Below are positions 1 through 12,782 of a DNA stretch of 64,000 nucleotides, in pieces; the stretch's first letter is position 1; the number at the start of each line of letters is the position of its first letter. The stretch lies in contig CATNEN010000039.1 of the NCBI GenBank assembly GCA_950097015.1, positions 14,012,001 to 14,076,000 of the forward strand. The letters run 5' to 3'. The notes beneath the pieces are model-generated. The model was not told the origin of the DNA. It saw only the letters and a list, made by a program, of their open reading frames with translations, and made no database searches. This stretch comes from Macrostomum hystrix. Taxonomy: Eukaryota; Animalia; Platyhelminthes. A program made the position numbers and the translations under genes.

Positions 1-112
1 AGTGCCGACAAAACTGTCGGCCATGCTGTCAATCAGCTGGCCGGAGACACCAAAGTCGCACAATTTGCACTCGCCCTCCAGGTTCACCAGAATGTTGGAC
101 GGCTTCACGTCT
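1..112 (-). CDS. MAP2K1: MEK1/2-like MAP kinase kinase, coding exon 3 (continues beyond window start)
   Basis: After acceptor ttcgccag (115-113) the minus strand reads (R)[37 protein letters not shown]: catalytic loop, DFG and MEK-type activation loop. Phase 2 matches the upstream exon. Confidence 0.93.
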
Positions 113-129
113 CTGGCGAAAATTATGAG

Positions 130-570
130 CTACTGTTACACCTGCATATCTAACTACTGTTACACCTGCATATATAACTACTGTTACACCTGCATATCTA
201 ACTACTGTTACACCTGCATATCTAACTACTGATACACCTGCATATCTAACTACTGTTACACCTGCATATCTAACTACTGATACACCTGCATATCTAACTA
301 CTGTTACACCTGCATATCTAACTACTGTTACACCTGCATATCTAACTACTGTTACACCTGCATATCTAACTACTGTTACACCTGCATATCTAACTACTGT
401 TACACCTGCATATCTAACTACTGTTACACCTGCATATCTAACTACTGTTACACCTGCATATCTAACTACTGTTACACCTGCATATCAAGTCACTGTTACA
501 CCTGCATATCAAGTCACTGTTACACCTGCATATCAAGTCACTGTTACATCTAGCTACACCTGCATATCTG
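130..570. repeat. 24-bp minisatellite (TAACTACTGTTACACCTGCATATC)n filling MEK intron 2
   Basis: About 18 near-perfect tandem copies visible. Confidence 0.95.
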
Positions 571-609
571 GCTACAGTTCCCCAACCGTGAATCATTCCC
601 AATCCTTAC

Positions 610-830
610 CTGTGAAGGCAGTTAATCTGTCGCAGGTATCCGAGTCCGCGCAGCACAGACTGTGTGATCTTGGCCACAATGGGTTCGGGCAGTCGGCCGG
701 CCTGTTTCAGCACCAGGTCCAGGGATCCGGCGTTCATGAACTCCATGCAGATGCAGATGGTGGCGGATGAGTCGGCCAGGAATGAGCCGAAGTAGCCCAC
801 AATGTAGGGGCTGTTGCACGAGTGCAGTAC
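610..830 (-). CDS. MAP2K1: MEK1/2-like kinase, coding exon 2
   Basis: tttggcag|[17 protein letters not shown]...[23 protein letters not shown]...NCLH(R)|gtaagg; matches MEK subdomains III-VIa. Confidence 0.93.
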
Positions 831-949
831 CTGCCAAATAAATTCAGCAGTTCGCTTTGAATAGTCAAATCATCTTTAACGAACACATTTCTACTTTTGG
901 CCTTTAGATTTTGGATGGTTTAGAAGTTTCTTAAGTGAAACGATTCCTG

Positions 950-3420
950 ACTGGGACGATTCCATGGTATGACGATTCCATGGTATGACGATTCCATGGT
1001 ATGACGATTCCATGGTATGACGATTCTAAAGTGAGACGAATCTAAGTTGAGATGATTCTAAGGTGAGACGATTCTAAGGTGAGACGATTCTAAAGTGAGA
1101 CGATTCTAAGGTGAGACGATTCTAAGGTGAGACGATTCTAAGGTGAGACGATTCTAAGGTGAGACGATTCTAAAGTGAGACGATTCTAAGGTGAGACGAT
1201 TCTAAAGTGAGACGATTCTAAGGTGAGACAATTCTAAGGTGAGACGATTCTAAGGTGAGACGATTCTAAAGTGAGACGATTCTAAGGTGAGACGATTCTA
1301 GGGTGAGACGATTCTAAGGTGAGACGATTCTAAGGTGAGACGATTCTAAAGTGAGACGATTCTAAGGTGAGACGATTCTAGGGTGAGACGATTCTAAGGT
1401 GAGACGATTCCAGGGAGTTAGACGATTCCAGGGAGTGAGACGATTCCAGGGAGTTAGACGATTCCAGGGAGTTAGACGATTCTAGGGAGTTAGACGATTC
1501 TAGGGAGTTAGACGATTCTAGGGAGTTAGACGATTCTAGGGAGTTAGACAATTCCAGGGAGTGAGACGATTCTAGGGAGTTAGACGATTCTAGGGAGTTA
1601 GACGATTCTAGGGAGTTAGACAATTCCAGGGAGTGAGACGATTCTAGGGAGTTAGACGATTCCAGGGAGTGAGACGATTCCAGGTAGTGAGACGATTCCA
1701 GGGAGTTAGACGATTCTAGGGAGTGGGACGATTTCAGAGTGAAGCGATTCTAAAGTTAGACGATTCCAGAATGAGACGATTCCAGAAGGAGACGATTCTA
1801 AAGTTAGACGATTCCAGAATGAGACGATTCCAGAATGAGACGATTCCAGAAGGAGACGATTCCAGAATGAGAAGATTCTAAAGTTAGACGATTCCAGAAT
1901 GAGACGATTCTAAGGTCAGACGATTCTAAGGTGAGACGATTCTAAGGTGAGACGATTCTAAGGTGAGACGATTCTAAGGTGAGACGATTCTAAGGTGAGA
2001 CGATTCTAAGGTAAGACGATTCTAAGGTGAGACGATTCTAAAGTGAGACGATTCTAAGGTGAGACGATTCTAGGGTGAGACGATTCTAAGGTGAGACGAT
2101 TCTAAGGTGAGACGATTCTAAGGTGAGACGATTCTAAAGTGAGACGATTCTAAGGTGAGACGATTCTAAGGTGAGACGATTCTAAGGTGAGACGATTCTA
2201 AGGTGAGACGATTCTAAAGTGAGACGATCCTAAGGTGAGACGATTCTAGGGTGAGACGATTCTAGGGTGAGACGATTCTAAAGTGAGACGATTCTAAGGT
2301 CAGACGATTCTAAGGTGAGACGATTCTAAGGTAACGACTCCAGGGAGTGAGACGATTCCAGGTAGTGAGACGATTCTAGGGTGAGACGATTCTAAAGTGA
2401 GACGATTCTAAGGTCAGACGATTCTAAGGTGAGACGATTCTAGGGTGAGACGATTCTAAGGTAACGACTCCAGGGAGTGAGACGATTCCAGGGAGTTAGA
2501 CGATTCCAGGTAGTGAGACGATTCTAAGGTGAGACGATTCTAGGGTGAGACGATTCCAGGGAGTTAGACGATTCCCGGGAGTGAGACGATTCTAGGGAGT
2601 TAGACGATTCCAGGGAGTGAGACGATTCCAGGTAGTGAGACGATTCTAAGGTGAGACGATTCTAGGGTGAGACGATTCCAGGGAGTTAGACGATTCCAGG
2701 GAGTGAGACGATTCCAGGGAGTTAGACGATTCCAGGGAGTTAGAGTAGACGATTCCAGGGAGTTAGACGATTCCAGGGAGTGAGACGATTCTAGGGAGTT
2801 AGACAATTCCAGGGAGTTAGACGATTCTAGGGAGTTAGACGATTCCAGGGAGTGAGACGATTCCAGGTAGTGAGACGATTCTAAGGTGAGACGATTCTAG
2901 GGTGAGACGATTCCAGGGAGTTAGACGATTCCAGGGAGTGAGACGATTCCAGGGAGTTAGACGATTCCAGGGAGTTAGACGATTCTAGGGAGTTAGACGA
3001 TTCTAGGGAGTTAGACGATTCTAGGGAGTTAGACGATTCCAGGGAGTGAGACGATTCCAGGGAGTTAGACGATTCTAGGGAGTTAGACGATTCCAGGGAG
3101 TTAGACGATTCCAGGGAGTTAGACGATTCCAGGTAGTGAGACGATTCCAGGGAGTGAGACGATTCCAGGTAGTGAGACGATTCTAAGGAGTGAGACGATT
3201 CTAAGGAGTGAGACGATTCCACGGAGTGAGACGATTCCAGGGAGTGAGACGATTCTAAGGAGTGAGACGATTCTAAGGAGTGAGACGATTCCACGGAGTG
3301 AGACTATTCCATGGTAAGACAATTCCATGGTGAGCCGATTCTAAAGTGAGGCGATTCCTGACTGGGACGGATTCCATGGTGAGACGGTTCTAAAGTGAGA
3401 CGATTCCAGAAAAAGACCAT
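950..3420. repeat. Composite 16/18-bp minisatellite with GACGATTC core in MEK intron 1
   Basis: Blocks of GAGACGATTCTAAGGT (16 bp) alternate with GACGATTCCAGGGAGTTA (18 bp). Confidence 0.95.
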
Positions 3421-3589
3421 TCTAGGGTTTAGAACCCAAAATAGATTATTATACGCACGCTCGAACAATTAAAGAGGTCTTCGAGATGCAGCAAAACAAG
3501 CTATTTTTAGCTTAATTACAAGATTATGCAAGTCTATAAATAATGATTGATAAAAACGCATTTATCTGTAGCTAACAAGTAGACCATAC

Positions 3590-4030
3590 CTCGAGCTCTC
3601 GAATAATCTGCGATCGAACCGTGGGCTTAATCTCCAGGTAGATTAGCTTCCTGGCCATGACCTGGCCGGTTGGTTTGTGCAAAACCCGCTGAACCACGCC
3701 AGACGAGCCGCTGCCCAATTCGACAATGTCGGCGAAGTCGTCGTTTCGCAGCTCGGCTATCGCGCGCTTGCGTTGAACAAACTCGATGAGTTTCTTGCGC
3801 TGGCTTGCGTCCAATTCCGCGCCATCATCGCTAACTTTGGCACTGGCGTCCGACTCCGAGAATGCGCCGGCTGCGGCAGGAACTGCTGCCGCCGCGGCGG
3901 CGGATGACGCCGTTGCGGACGCCTCTGAAGCGGCTGGCGGCGGTGCTATGGTAACTGTGGCCGTTAGGGTCAAGTTGACCGGCTTCTTTTTGCCAACGGG
4001 CGCCGGAGCTGCCGGCTGGTCGGACGACAT
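3590..4030 (-). CDS. MAP2K1: MEK1/2-like kinase, coding exon 1
   Basis: ATG at 4030; ERK-docking-like KKKPVNLTL, Gly-rich loop [22 protein letters not shown]...IIRELE, then donor gtatgg at 3589 (phase 0). Confidence 0.93.
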
Positions 4031-4769
4031 TTCTTAGAAAGATTTCACTCGCTCTCTCGACGCGAAGTCCCTGGACTGCTGAATCTGTGGGATGCGTGGG
4101 ATTGCGTCACTTGTACGGGTAATTTCATAATGATGGATAAGAATCTGCTGATGGGGAGATGGGCATCTGCAGAAATCGGATGGGGATCTGTGCATTTTAT
4201 ATGGGGATCTGTACTCTGTAGACATGCGATTGGGATCTGTGCATATTATATGGGGATCTGTAGACATCGGATGGAGATGTGTAGATATATGCAAAATAAT
4301 GCGAAGAATAGCTGACTTAGCTTATTGTTTGGTAACTATCGCCTAGGTGTAAATTTATACGCAGCTAAGTCGTTAGCAAGGCAGATCTAGATTGTTTGGG
4401 AGTTTAGTTTCTGCGTACGCAATCCATGCCAAGCCTCGTGTTTTTATCTACACTAGGTGACAAACATGGCTAGATATAGCTATAGATATAGCTATAGATA
4501 TAGACAAACATAGCCTGGTAAACTAAACTAAACTAGACTAGAAATAGAAAAGAAAATCTTTTTTAAAGATCTAATACTTGGCTTTGGCGAGTGTGAACCT
4601 GAAAACGTTGAATGTGACACCTGTAACACTGCGAGCCAATATAGCCAATGATTCACTGTTAAGATAAACGATAGTCCACGCTTTACAAACTACAACTAGA
4701 CTCGTTTGTCACTGGTGGGCGCGCATTCTCAAGGATGAAAGAGAAATTAGGCATTGCACACTCACAGGG

Positions 4770-5610
4770 TCAACCAATTTTAAAGACAGGGAGATAAACT
4801 AGACAGGGCGATGGGGCAACCAATTTCAAAGACAGGGAGATAAACTAGACAAGGCGATGGGGCAACCAATTTCAATGACAGGGAGATGAACTAGACGAGG
4901 CGATGGGGCAACCAATTTCAAAGACATGGAGATGAACTAGACAAGGCGATGGGGCAACCAATTTCAATGACAGGGAGATAAACTAGACAAGGCGATGGGG
5001 CAACCAATTTCAATGACAGGGAGATGAACTAGACGAGGCGATGGGGCAACCAATTTCAAAGACATGGAGATGAACTAGACAAGGCGATGGGGCAACCAAT
5101 TTCAAAGACAGGGAGATAAACTAGACAAGGCGATGGGGCAACCAATTTCAATGACAGGGAGATGAACTAGACGAGGCGATGGGGCAACCAATTTCAATGA
5201 CAGGGAGATGAACTAGACGAGGCGATGGGGCAACCAATTTCAAAGACAGGGAGATAAACTAGACAAGGCGATGGGGCAACCAATTTCAAAGACAGGGAGA
5301 TGAACTAGACAAGGCGATGGGGCAACCAATTTCAAAGACAGGGAGATGAACTAGACGAGGCGATGGGGCAACCAATTTCAAAGACAGGGAGATAAACTAG
5401 ACAAGGCGATGGGGCAACCAATTTCAAAGACAGGGAGATGAACTAGACAAGGCGATGGGGCAACCAATTTCAAAGACAGGGAGATGAACTAGACAAGGCG
5501 ATGGGGCAACCAATTTCAAAGACAGTGAGATGAACTAAACGAGGCGATGGGGCAAACAATTTCAAAGACAGGGAGATAAACTAGACAAGGCGATGGGGCA
5601 ACCAATTTTC
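4770..5610. repeat. 46-bp minisatellite (CAACCAATTTCAAAGACAGGGAGATAAACTAGACAAGGCGATGGGG)n
   Basis: About 18 tandem copies. Confidence 0.95.
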
Positions 5611-7329
5611 AGTATACGGATGCAACAATTGCGAAGGATTAACTTACAATTCACTCACCCTGAGTGTCCCCTTTTCTCCTCTTGTGCTGTCAAAGATCTA
5701 GCTGGAAGTTGCGCAAAGTTGATGATGGCTTCAGCGCCACGTGGGCAGGATTAGCTAAGCTACTCAGCTGTCTTCGCTTAGCATAGCATCGCGCGTGTTT
5801 CCGACCACCTTTTGTACGGCTTGTTGAGTGTTGTTCCGCTTTTTACTGCCTTTATTATTTCTTGTTTAGAATTGGAATTTATGTTTTTTCCGCTCTCTCT
5901 ATCTCGCTCAGCCCGGCGCACGCAGGCTTCCAATATCTTCTTATTTATTGCAGTCTTCTTTTTACTTGCAAGTCGGTAGACTCCGGCAGTTTATAGTTGG
6001 AATGGAATTGCCAACCTATCCCCGAGGTTCTGGTCCGTTGAGAACAAATGAGAGACAAGACAAGGGCAGGCAGAGCGAGTTGTACAAGGCGGACAGCTTT
6101 GCTTGGTGATTAATTGCAATTTTAAGGGGGGTGGGACCTGGAATATAGAGAAAGAAATGAGCGAAAGAGACAGAAAGACAGAAGGATAGAGGCACGGACT
6201 TCAAGTAGAGCAGGTTGCGGCTGCCTGGGGTCCGGGGTAGACAGAGAAAAGGTAAAAGAAGTGCGCGGACTGGTTCTACAGGCAAAAACAACTAAACTCT
6301 GCGCGCCTTATTTAACGTGGGGAGAAAGAGTAGGGTTGTGTGTGGAAAGGGCTGAACGAGAGGATGGCCCGGTGGCAGGCAGGAGGGGAGAGCGGTTAGA
6401 AAGCAAAACCCCGGCTAAGCCAATAAAAATCGTGAGACGGGTCCGGAGTGAGAGGGGTGCCGCGGAGGGGGTAGAGAGCCAAGCATTCCTTTTCTAACCC
6501 GCACTGCCCTGACTCCGTAAAAACGCCAGCATTGAGGCGGGCTTTCGGGAAGGGAATGGAAGGGCGGTAGGGTCTTAGGAGAGGGCAAGTCCCCCCGTCC
6601 CAGCTAAGGTCAGAAAGAGACCTCGCGCGCGCACATTTACGCCAGTTCTGTTTTACACACACAGGCACACACACACATATCCAGGGCCCGCGAACTGGGC
6701 CAGCGGCGGCTCACCCTGGATCGGCTTTTCATAGCCCCAATCCAGGCCCCAGCTACATTCCTCCCGCTCGCCTTCTCAGTCGCAATCTCTCTCTTTTACC
6801 TCTAAAAGTACAATGAGCGCAAGGCGACGTGGTGGATAGTGGAGCTGCACGACCTCCCAGGGTCGCTAAGTATCTCCCTCCAGGGTCCGTCTTGTAGTGC
6901 ACGCGCCCGATCAGTGCAGTGCAGTTTGCATCTCTATCGTTTGAAATCAGCACAGACTCAGTGTTTCCACATGGCCGTGGTCAGACACTTCGTTTTAAAG
7001 TCGTCAATCGCGCCGCGTCATTTACTTTTGCATTTTGCCAGAAGGAAGCAATCAATTGATAAATAATCACCTGCAAAATGCCGCTTAATGCAATTATGCA
7101 TTTAATGATTCTCCTTATTCAAAATACATACTCGGAGTACTGAAAATTGACGCCTTACTTGCCCTAATTCTGCAAGATGTCTTGACAACTACTCAGCCCT
7201 CCTGCTCGATGTCTTCAGGTAGATGTGTTTTTAGATTCCTTAAGATCTGTCGTAGATCACTCACAGTTTTAATGCATTAATGCTCACAAAATTGCTCACA
7301 AAAAGGAGCCTTGATCTACTTTCTAAGTT

Positions 7330-8640
7330 TCTAGTTTCTCAATGGGGCATTTCTAGTTTCTCACTGGGATGTTCCTTATTTCTCAATGGGATATTTATAG
7401 TTTCTTAATGGGATATTACTATTTTCTCAATGGGATGTTTCTTGTTTCTCAATGGGGCATTTCTAGTTTCTCAATGGAATATTTCTAGTTTCTCACTGGG
7501 ATGTTCCTTATTTCTCAATGGGATATTTATAGTTTCTTAATGGGATATTACTATTTTCTCAATGGGATGTTTCTTGTTTCTCAATGGGATGTTTCTAGTT
7601 TCTCAATGGAATATTTCTAGTTTCTCACTGGGATGTTCCTTATTTCTCAATGGGATATTTATAGTTTCTTAATGGGATATTACTATTTTCTCAATGGGAT
7701 GTTTCTTGTTTCTCAATGGGATGTTTCTAGTTTCTCAATGGAATATTTCTAGTTTCTCACTGGGATGTTCCTTATTTCTCAATGGGATATTTATAGTTTC
7801 TTAATGGGATATTACTATTTTCTCAATGGGATGTTTCTTGTTTCTCAATGGGATATTTCTAGTTTCTCAATGGGATATTTCTTGTTTCTCAATGGGATAT
7901 TTCTAGTTTCTCAATGGGATGTTTCTTGTTTCTCAATGAGATGTTTCTAGTTTCTCAATGGGATGTTCCTTATTTCTCAATGGAATATTTCTAGTTTCTC
8001 ACTGGGATGTTCCTTATTTCTCAATGGGATATTTATAGTTTCTTAATGGGATATTACTATTTTCTCAATGGGATGTTTCTAGTTTCTCAATGGGATGTTC
8101 CTTATTTCTCAATGGGATATTTCTTGTTTCTCACTGGGATGTTCCTTATTTCTCAATGGGATATTTATAGTTTCTTAATGGGATATTACTATTTTCTCAA
8201 TGGGATGTTTCTTGTTTCTCAATGGGATATTTCTAGTTTCTCAATGGGATATTTCTTGTTTCTCAATGGGATATTTCTAGTTTCTCAATGGGATGTTTCT
8301 TGTTTCTCAATGAGATGTTTCTAGTTTCTCAATGGGATGTTCCTTATTTCTCAATGGGATATTTCTTGTTTCTCACTGGGATGTTCCTTATTTCTCAATG
8401 GGATATTTATAGTTTCTTAATGGGATATTACTTTTTTCTCAATGGGATGTTTCTTGTTTCTCAATGGGATATTTCTAGTTTCTCAATGGGATATTTCTTG
8501 TTTCTCAATGGGATATTTCTTGTTTCTCAAAGGGATATTTTTAGTTTCTCAATGGGATGTTTCTTGTTTCTCAAAGGGATGTTTCTAGTTTCTCAATGGG
8601 ATGTTTCTAGTTTCTCAGTGGGATATTTCTAGTTTCTCAA
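7330..8640. repeat. 22-bp minisatellite (GTTTCTCAATGGGATATTTCTA)n with higher-order variants
   Basis: Tandem 22-mers; a recurring order of variants gives a ~110-bp higher-order unit. Confidence 0.95.
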
Positions 8641-9125
8641 TACAGGGGTGGGAACTAGACCATAGTTCCTTTTATTTTAATACGTAGAATCCCAGACGAG
8701 ACACAGGCATCAGCCATAAATTAAAATATGGCCCCTGCAAATTTAAAGCTATGCAAGTTTTGCCAGTGAAAAAAAAAGAAACATTTTAACAAGCATTTTC
8801 ATGTCTGGTAAAATACACATCTAAAACCCAGCAGTTATCATTGAGAATCTAGTACAGAAAAATAGCCATTAAAAAGCTTTCAACAAATAATGTATTTCTG
8901 AAGTAAGAAAAAATTAAAGCAAATTAAAATTATCTTAACTTTGAAGACCATTGTCTAATAAAACCATCTTGTGAAACTGAATTGAGCAGATTACGAAAGG
9001 CGCTACGTAGAAAGCAAAAAAGCAAAGTAGAAAAAGCAAATTAATAAAAAGAGAATGTGTCAGAATGTAGATCAGCCAGAACATCACAGAAAACCACCGT
9101 TAACTCATCCAGATAATCTCGATCA

Positions 9126-10248
9126 TCACCACTGTTGGGCGTAGTTTATCGACTGAAAGTACAGACAAGTGTTGATAATACAAAATCACTTTCAAATTAG
9201 CTTATATTTCTACTGGTCAGTAGCTATATTAGCACATGAAGCATTAACTGAAAGAAACCGTTAGTAATATTGAAGGCTAGAAGATGCAGCGGGCCCACTG
9301 CCAAAAAATAAACGATGATAGAATGTGTAGTGGCGGTGATCATTTATTCAAGGCTAAGACATACTACACACGCGCATTATTCTATGGCCTAAACGAGTCC
9401 CAGAATCACATCTCTATGGCCAATCTTTGAAGATAACTAGGACTATGAGCGGTACGCAATAATCGCGACGCAATGATTTGGCCATAAAATAATATAGCAC
9501 AGATTCTAAATTACCTATATTATTCTATTATTTTAATATAGAATCTGTGTAATATTAATATAGTGTCCGAAGCCCTCCTGCAAACACTTAATAGCATATT
9601 ATCATTACCGCGCTTAGTCATAATGGAAGCAAGCATCTCAAGAACTAAAACTCCTTGTAGTGGATCTAAACAAACTCACTGTGAAACGATTAGGCAGCTT
9701 AGCGGAATAGTCGGCCGTATTGTTATCAGCGGCAGCGGCGGCGGCTAAATCGGCGTGGCGCTTCGCGGCCGAGTCGACGGCCGCCTGCTGAGCGCGCAGT
9801 TCGCTGTCAAATGTGGCCTTCATCGACGGATCGCAGCCCGCAGCCTGGTAAAGATTTAATTGGCTGTCACAATTTTCTAAATAACAATAAGCTGAGAATG
9901 CAATTACAATACGAAGAGAAACTTGCACATGCACGTCTAGCTGAATTGCTTTACATCAGTCCTTTATATATAAATATTAAGATGAGTCACCTTCTTTAAT
10001 ATTTTTTTAGCTTATGAAAAACTCTTCCCGACGGCCGCGAGATAAATTGTCCAATGACAGTTAGCGACCTTGAAACACGCACATTTTGCATGATTGGTTC
10101 GCTTAAGAAATTTGCAAATAGAGAAGAACGAGCGGAATTCCTTAGAGAAGAAAATCACAGAGACCTGCATCTGCTGCTGCGCATAGGCCCTCCGCTGATA
10201 CTGACGCTCACGGCGCATCGCCTCCCAGTGCTGCTGATTAGCCGACAT
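9126..10248 (-). CDS. Hypothetical 91-aa protein, 3 exons (10248-10165, 9844-9680, 9152-9126)
   Basis: All junctions phase 0 with GT-AG ends (first donor gtctct is weak, second is gtgagt). Product MSANQQHWEAMRRERQYQRRAYAQQQMQ-AAGCDPSMKATFDSELRAQQAAVDSAAKRH...RFT-SINYAQQW*. GC-rich exons in AT-rich flanks. No family recognised. Confidence 0.55.
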
Positions 10249-11060
10249 GGCAGCTGCAACTAAAAACGAAACGGTGGGCAGATTGACAACACGGGTTACG
10301 ATGAATTCAGCCCTGATTAATCTACCAGTCTCACTTTACTCTCTGCCTAGCACCGATGATAAAAAACATTTCCCACTCTTTTTACTCTAACTTTTACTAT
10401 CATAGCAACTCAAAATAAAGAAATTTATGAATGAAAAAAGTCTTGGCAATAGCGAACATACAAACCCAGCTGCAGCTGTTTTGGTCGCAATTGTATTGCA
10501 GTTTTAATATGCCATTATTAATATATTTTATTCAAGTCACAACATATTCGATCAAATACAATCATTTTTTCATTGTCTTTATCTTCATTGGAAACAAATA
10601 CGAAATTATGCCTTTCTACTTTATTAGTTCGACAACATGAACTCAACTCGGGTGACGACTTGAAAACTAATGGCAATTTTACACCTATAATTGATCTGTG
10701 TACTAACAAAGTACATTATACAAGTCACGAGCACTTCTTACAGAGAAACATATATTCGAATAATATACACGATCAGTACAATAATACAGAAATATATTGT
10801 CAATATAAAAAAGGCATAATTACTTATTATACTCGAACTAAACTAAAATGATAATAGGAATGTGAAGCTGATCAAAACACTGCTCCGCGGCGTATTCTAT
10901 AAAATAGAACCACTACATTTTGTCACATATTATCAATCTGCTTGTGCTCAGAATGAACTGAAACTCCAATTCTTGTCGACCATGACTGAACTTCTAAACA
11001 CACCGCAGGTGTTTGTACGTTAAGAGACGATAATTGTACTAATTGTGCAACACTGTGTAG

Positions 11061-11719
11061 CAGGGGTCGGCAAACTCCGGCCCGCGGGCCAGATGCGGCC
11101 CTCGCAGCTCCCAAATCCGGCCCGTTGCCCCTTCTGACATCTACAGTGTCCTGTTTCATCTCTCTCGTGTCTTATCTCTCCCGTGTCTTATCTCTCCCGT
11201 GTCTAATCTCTCCCGTGTCTCATCTCTCCCGTGTCTAATCTCTCCTGTGTCTCATCTCTCCCGTGTCTAATCTCTCCCGTGTCTCATCTCTCCCGTGTCT
11301 AATCTCCCCCGTGTCTCATCTCTCCGGTGTCTAATCTCTCCCGTGTCTAATCTCTCCCGTGTCTTATCTCTCCCGTGTCTTATCTCTCCCGTGTCTCATC
11401 TCTCCCGTGTCTAATCTCTCCCGTGTCTCATCTCTCCCGTGTCTAATCTCCCCCGTGTCTCATCTCTCCGGTGTCTAATCTCTCCCGTGTCTAATCTCTC
11501 CCGTGTCTTATCTCTCCCGTGTCTTATCTCTCCCGTGTCTAATCTCTCCCGTGTCTCATCTCTCCCGTGTCTAATCTCTCCCGTGTCTAATCTCTCCCGT
11601 GTCTCATCTCTCCCGTGTCTCATCTCTCCCCTATCTCATATTTATACAGTCAATGCGGCCCGCTGTCGTCTTTTAGGTTCTCTCTTTGGCCCGCCGGCAA
11701 ATAAGTTTGCCTACCCCTG
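11061..11719. mobile_element. hAT (Charlie-like) MITE carrying an internal 16-bp minisatellite, copy 1
   Basis: TIRs CAGGGGTCGGCAAACT / AGTTTGCCTACCCCTG; 8-bp TSD CTGTGTAG/CTGTATAG (1 mismatch); interior (GTCTAATCTCTCCCGT)n; second copy at 35202. Confidence 0.9.
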
Positions 11720-11835
11720 CTGTATAGCATGACAACAACTAATTAACCACACAAAAAATAACTTAGATTTGTGGATTGAACTGCAATAACAGCTCCTAAT
11801 TTTCGACGATGCCGCAACCAAGCCAGGAACAGTAG

Positions 11836-12234
11836 TTAGAAAAAGTATTTGTGAGGCTCTGTTACAGGCATTCTGGACTCCAATGATCGCTGTAGAATCT
11901 CATTAGTTAGTGGCGGTGGTAGGCGGCCCTCCATATTAAGTGTGCGGTCCATGTAGCCGAGGGCGAAAATCTGTGCCGCGGTGCAGTCGTTGTTAAATTG
12001 CAGCAGCAGGGCCAAGCGCAGATGGCAGCGGCACTCTTTGCGCAGCATTTTTAAATAGCGCAACTGCAATTCGTCTATGGCAGCAACATTGGACCAATCC
12101 GGATAGCAGCTAGTCTCTAGGAACAGCACGCAGACTAGTAGCAACTTCTCTCGTCTGGTGACGCCCAATTGACTATAACGGCGGCAAATTGTACGACATC
12201 GCGGATCGATTCTGGGTAAGCGGTAGCTGTTGGC
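11836..12234 (-). CDS. Nuclear receptor (ERR/NR3-like), last exon: C-terminal half of the ligand-binding domain
   Basis: gctcag|ANSYRLPRIDPRCRTICRRYSQLGVTRREKLLLVCVLFLET...LRLALLL...LNMEGRLPPPLTNEILQ...*; phase 0, in frame with the exon ending at 19197; resembles ERR helices 7-12 (LEGKVPMHKLFLEML region). Confidence 0.75.
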   Translation of the reverse strand, partial: ANSYRLPRIDPRCRTICRRYSQLGVTRREKLLLVCVLFLETSCYPDWSNVAAIDELQLRYLKMLRKECRCHLRLALLLQFNNDCTAAQIFALGYMDRTLNMEGRLPPPLTNEILQRSLESRMPVTEPHKYFF

Positions 12235-12782
12235 CTGAGCAAAAATTAGTGGACACTTTCTAAATGAAAATTTGAATAATGTAAAAGGTAACGTAATTCA
12301 AACAAAATTTCACAGGGGTATTAACCCCCAATCTGCGTCTAAGCGTTCATTTATGGTTTATTGTTAAATGGAATGAACGATTTTATCTTTCAATCTTCCA
12401 TGCATTCATTTTTTGAAACGTACTTTGTACCTGTCGCAAAAACTTCTCATTAAATGTGTAGTGCCGCGGGCACTTTGCTCTCTGCTCTTGTTTTGGCAGT
12501 GCTCGTGTACCTGACCTGCGTCTGCAGGGTCTGGCCGGTTTGGGCCAGTTGCGCCCCACCCCATTGGCGTGTTTATTTTACTTTGCTCTCTGCTCTTGTG
12601 TAGTCGGGTGCTCATTGGCTGCCGGGCTCTATTTTCTCTCCCTCGCGCTTGAGCCCTGTTTTCTCTGTACCCGCGGTGAGCACTGATTGGCTCAGTCAGT
12701 GGCTGCCGTGCCACAGCTTTTCTGCCCCTCTCCCTCTGTCGGGGTTATTTATTGCGTGCCGCGAAGCTTGGGTACAGTGACC

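Noticed and set aside
4770-5610. Regularly spaced repeats resembling a CRISPR array (also 31355-33272)
   Set aside because: No unique spacers, no cas genes, eukaryotic context.
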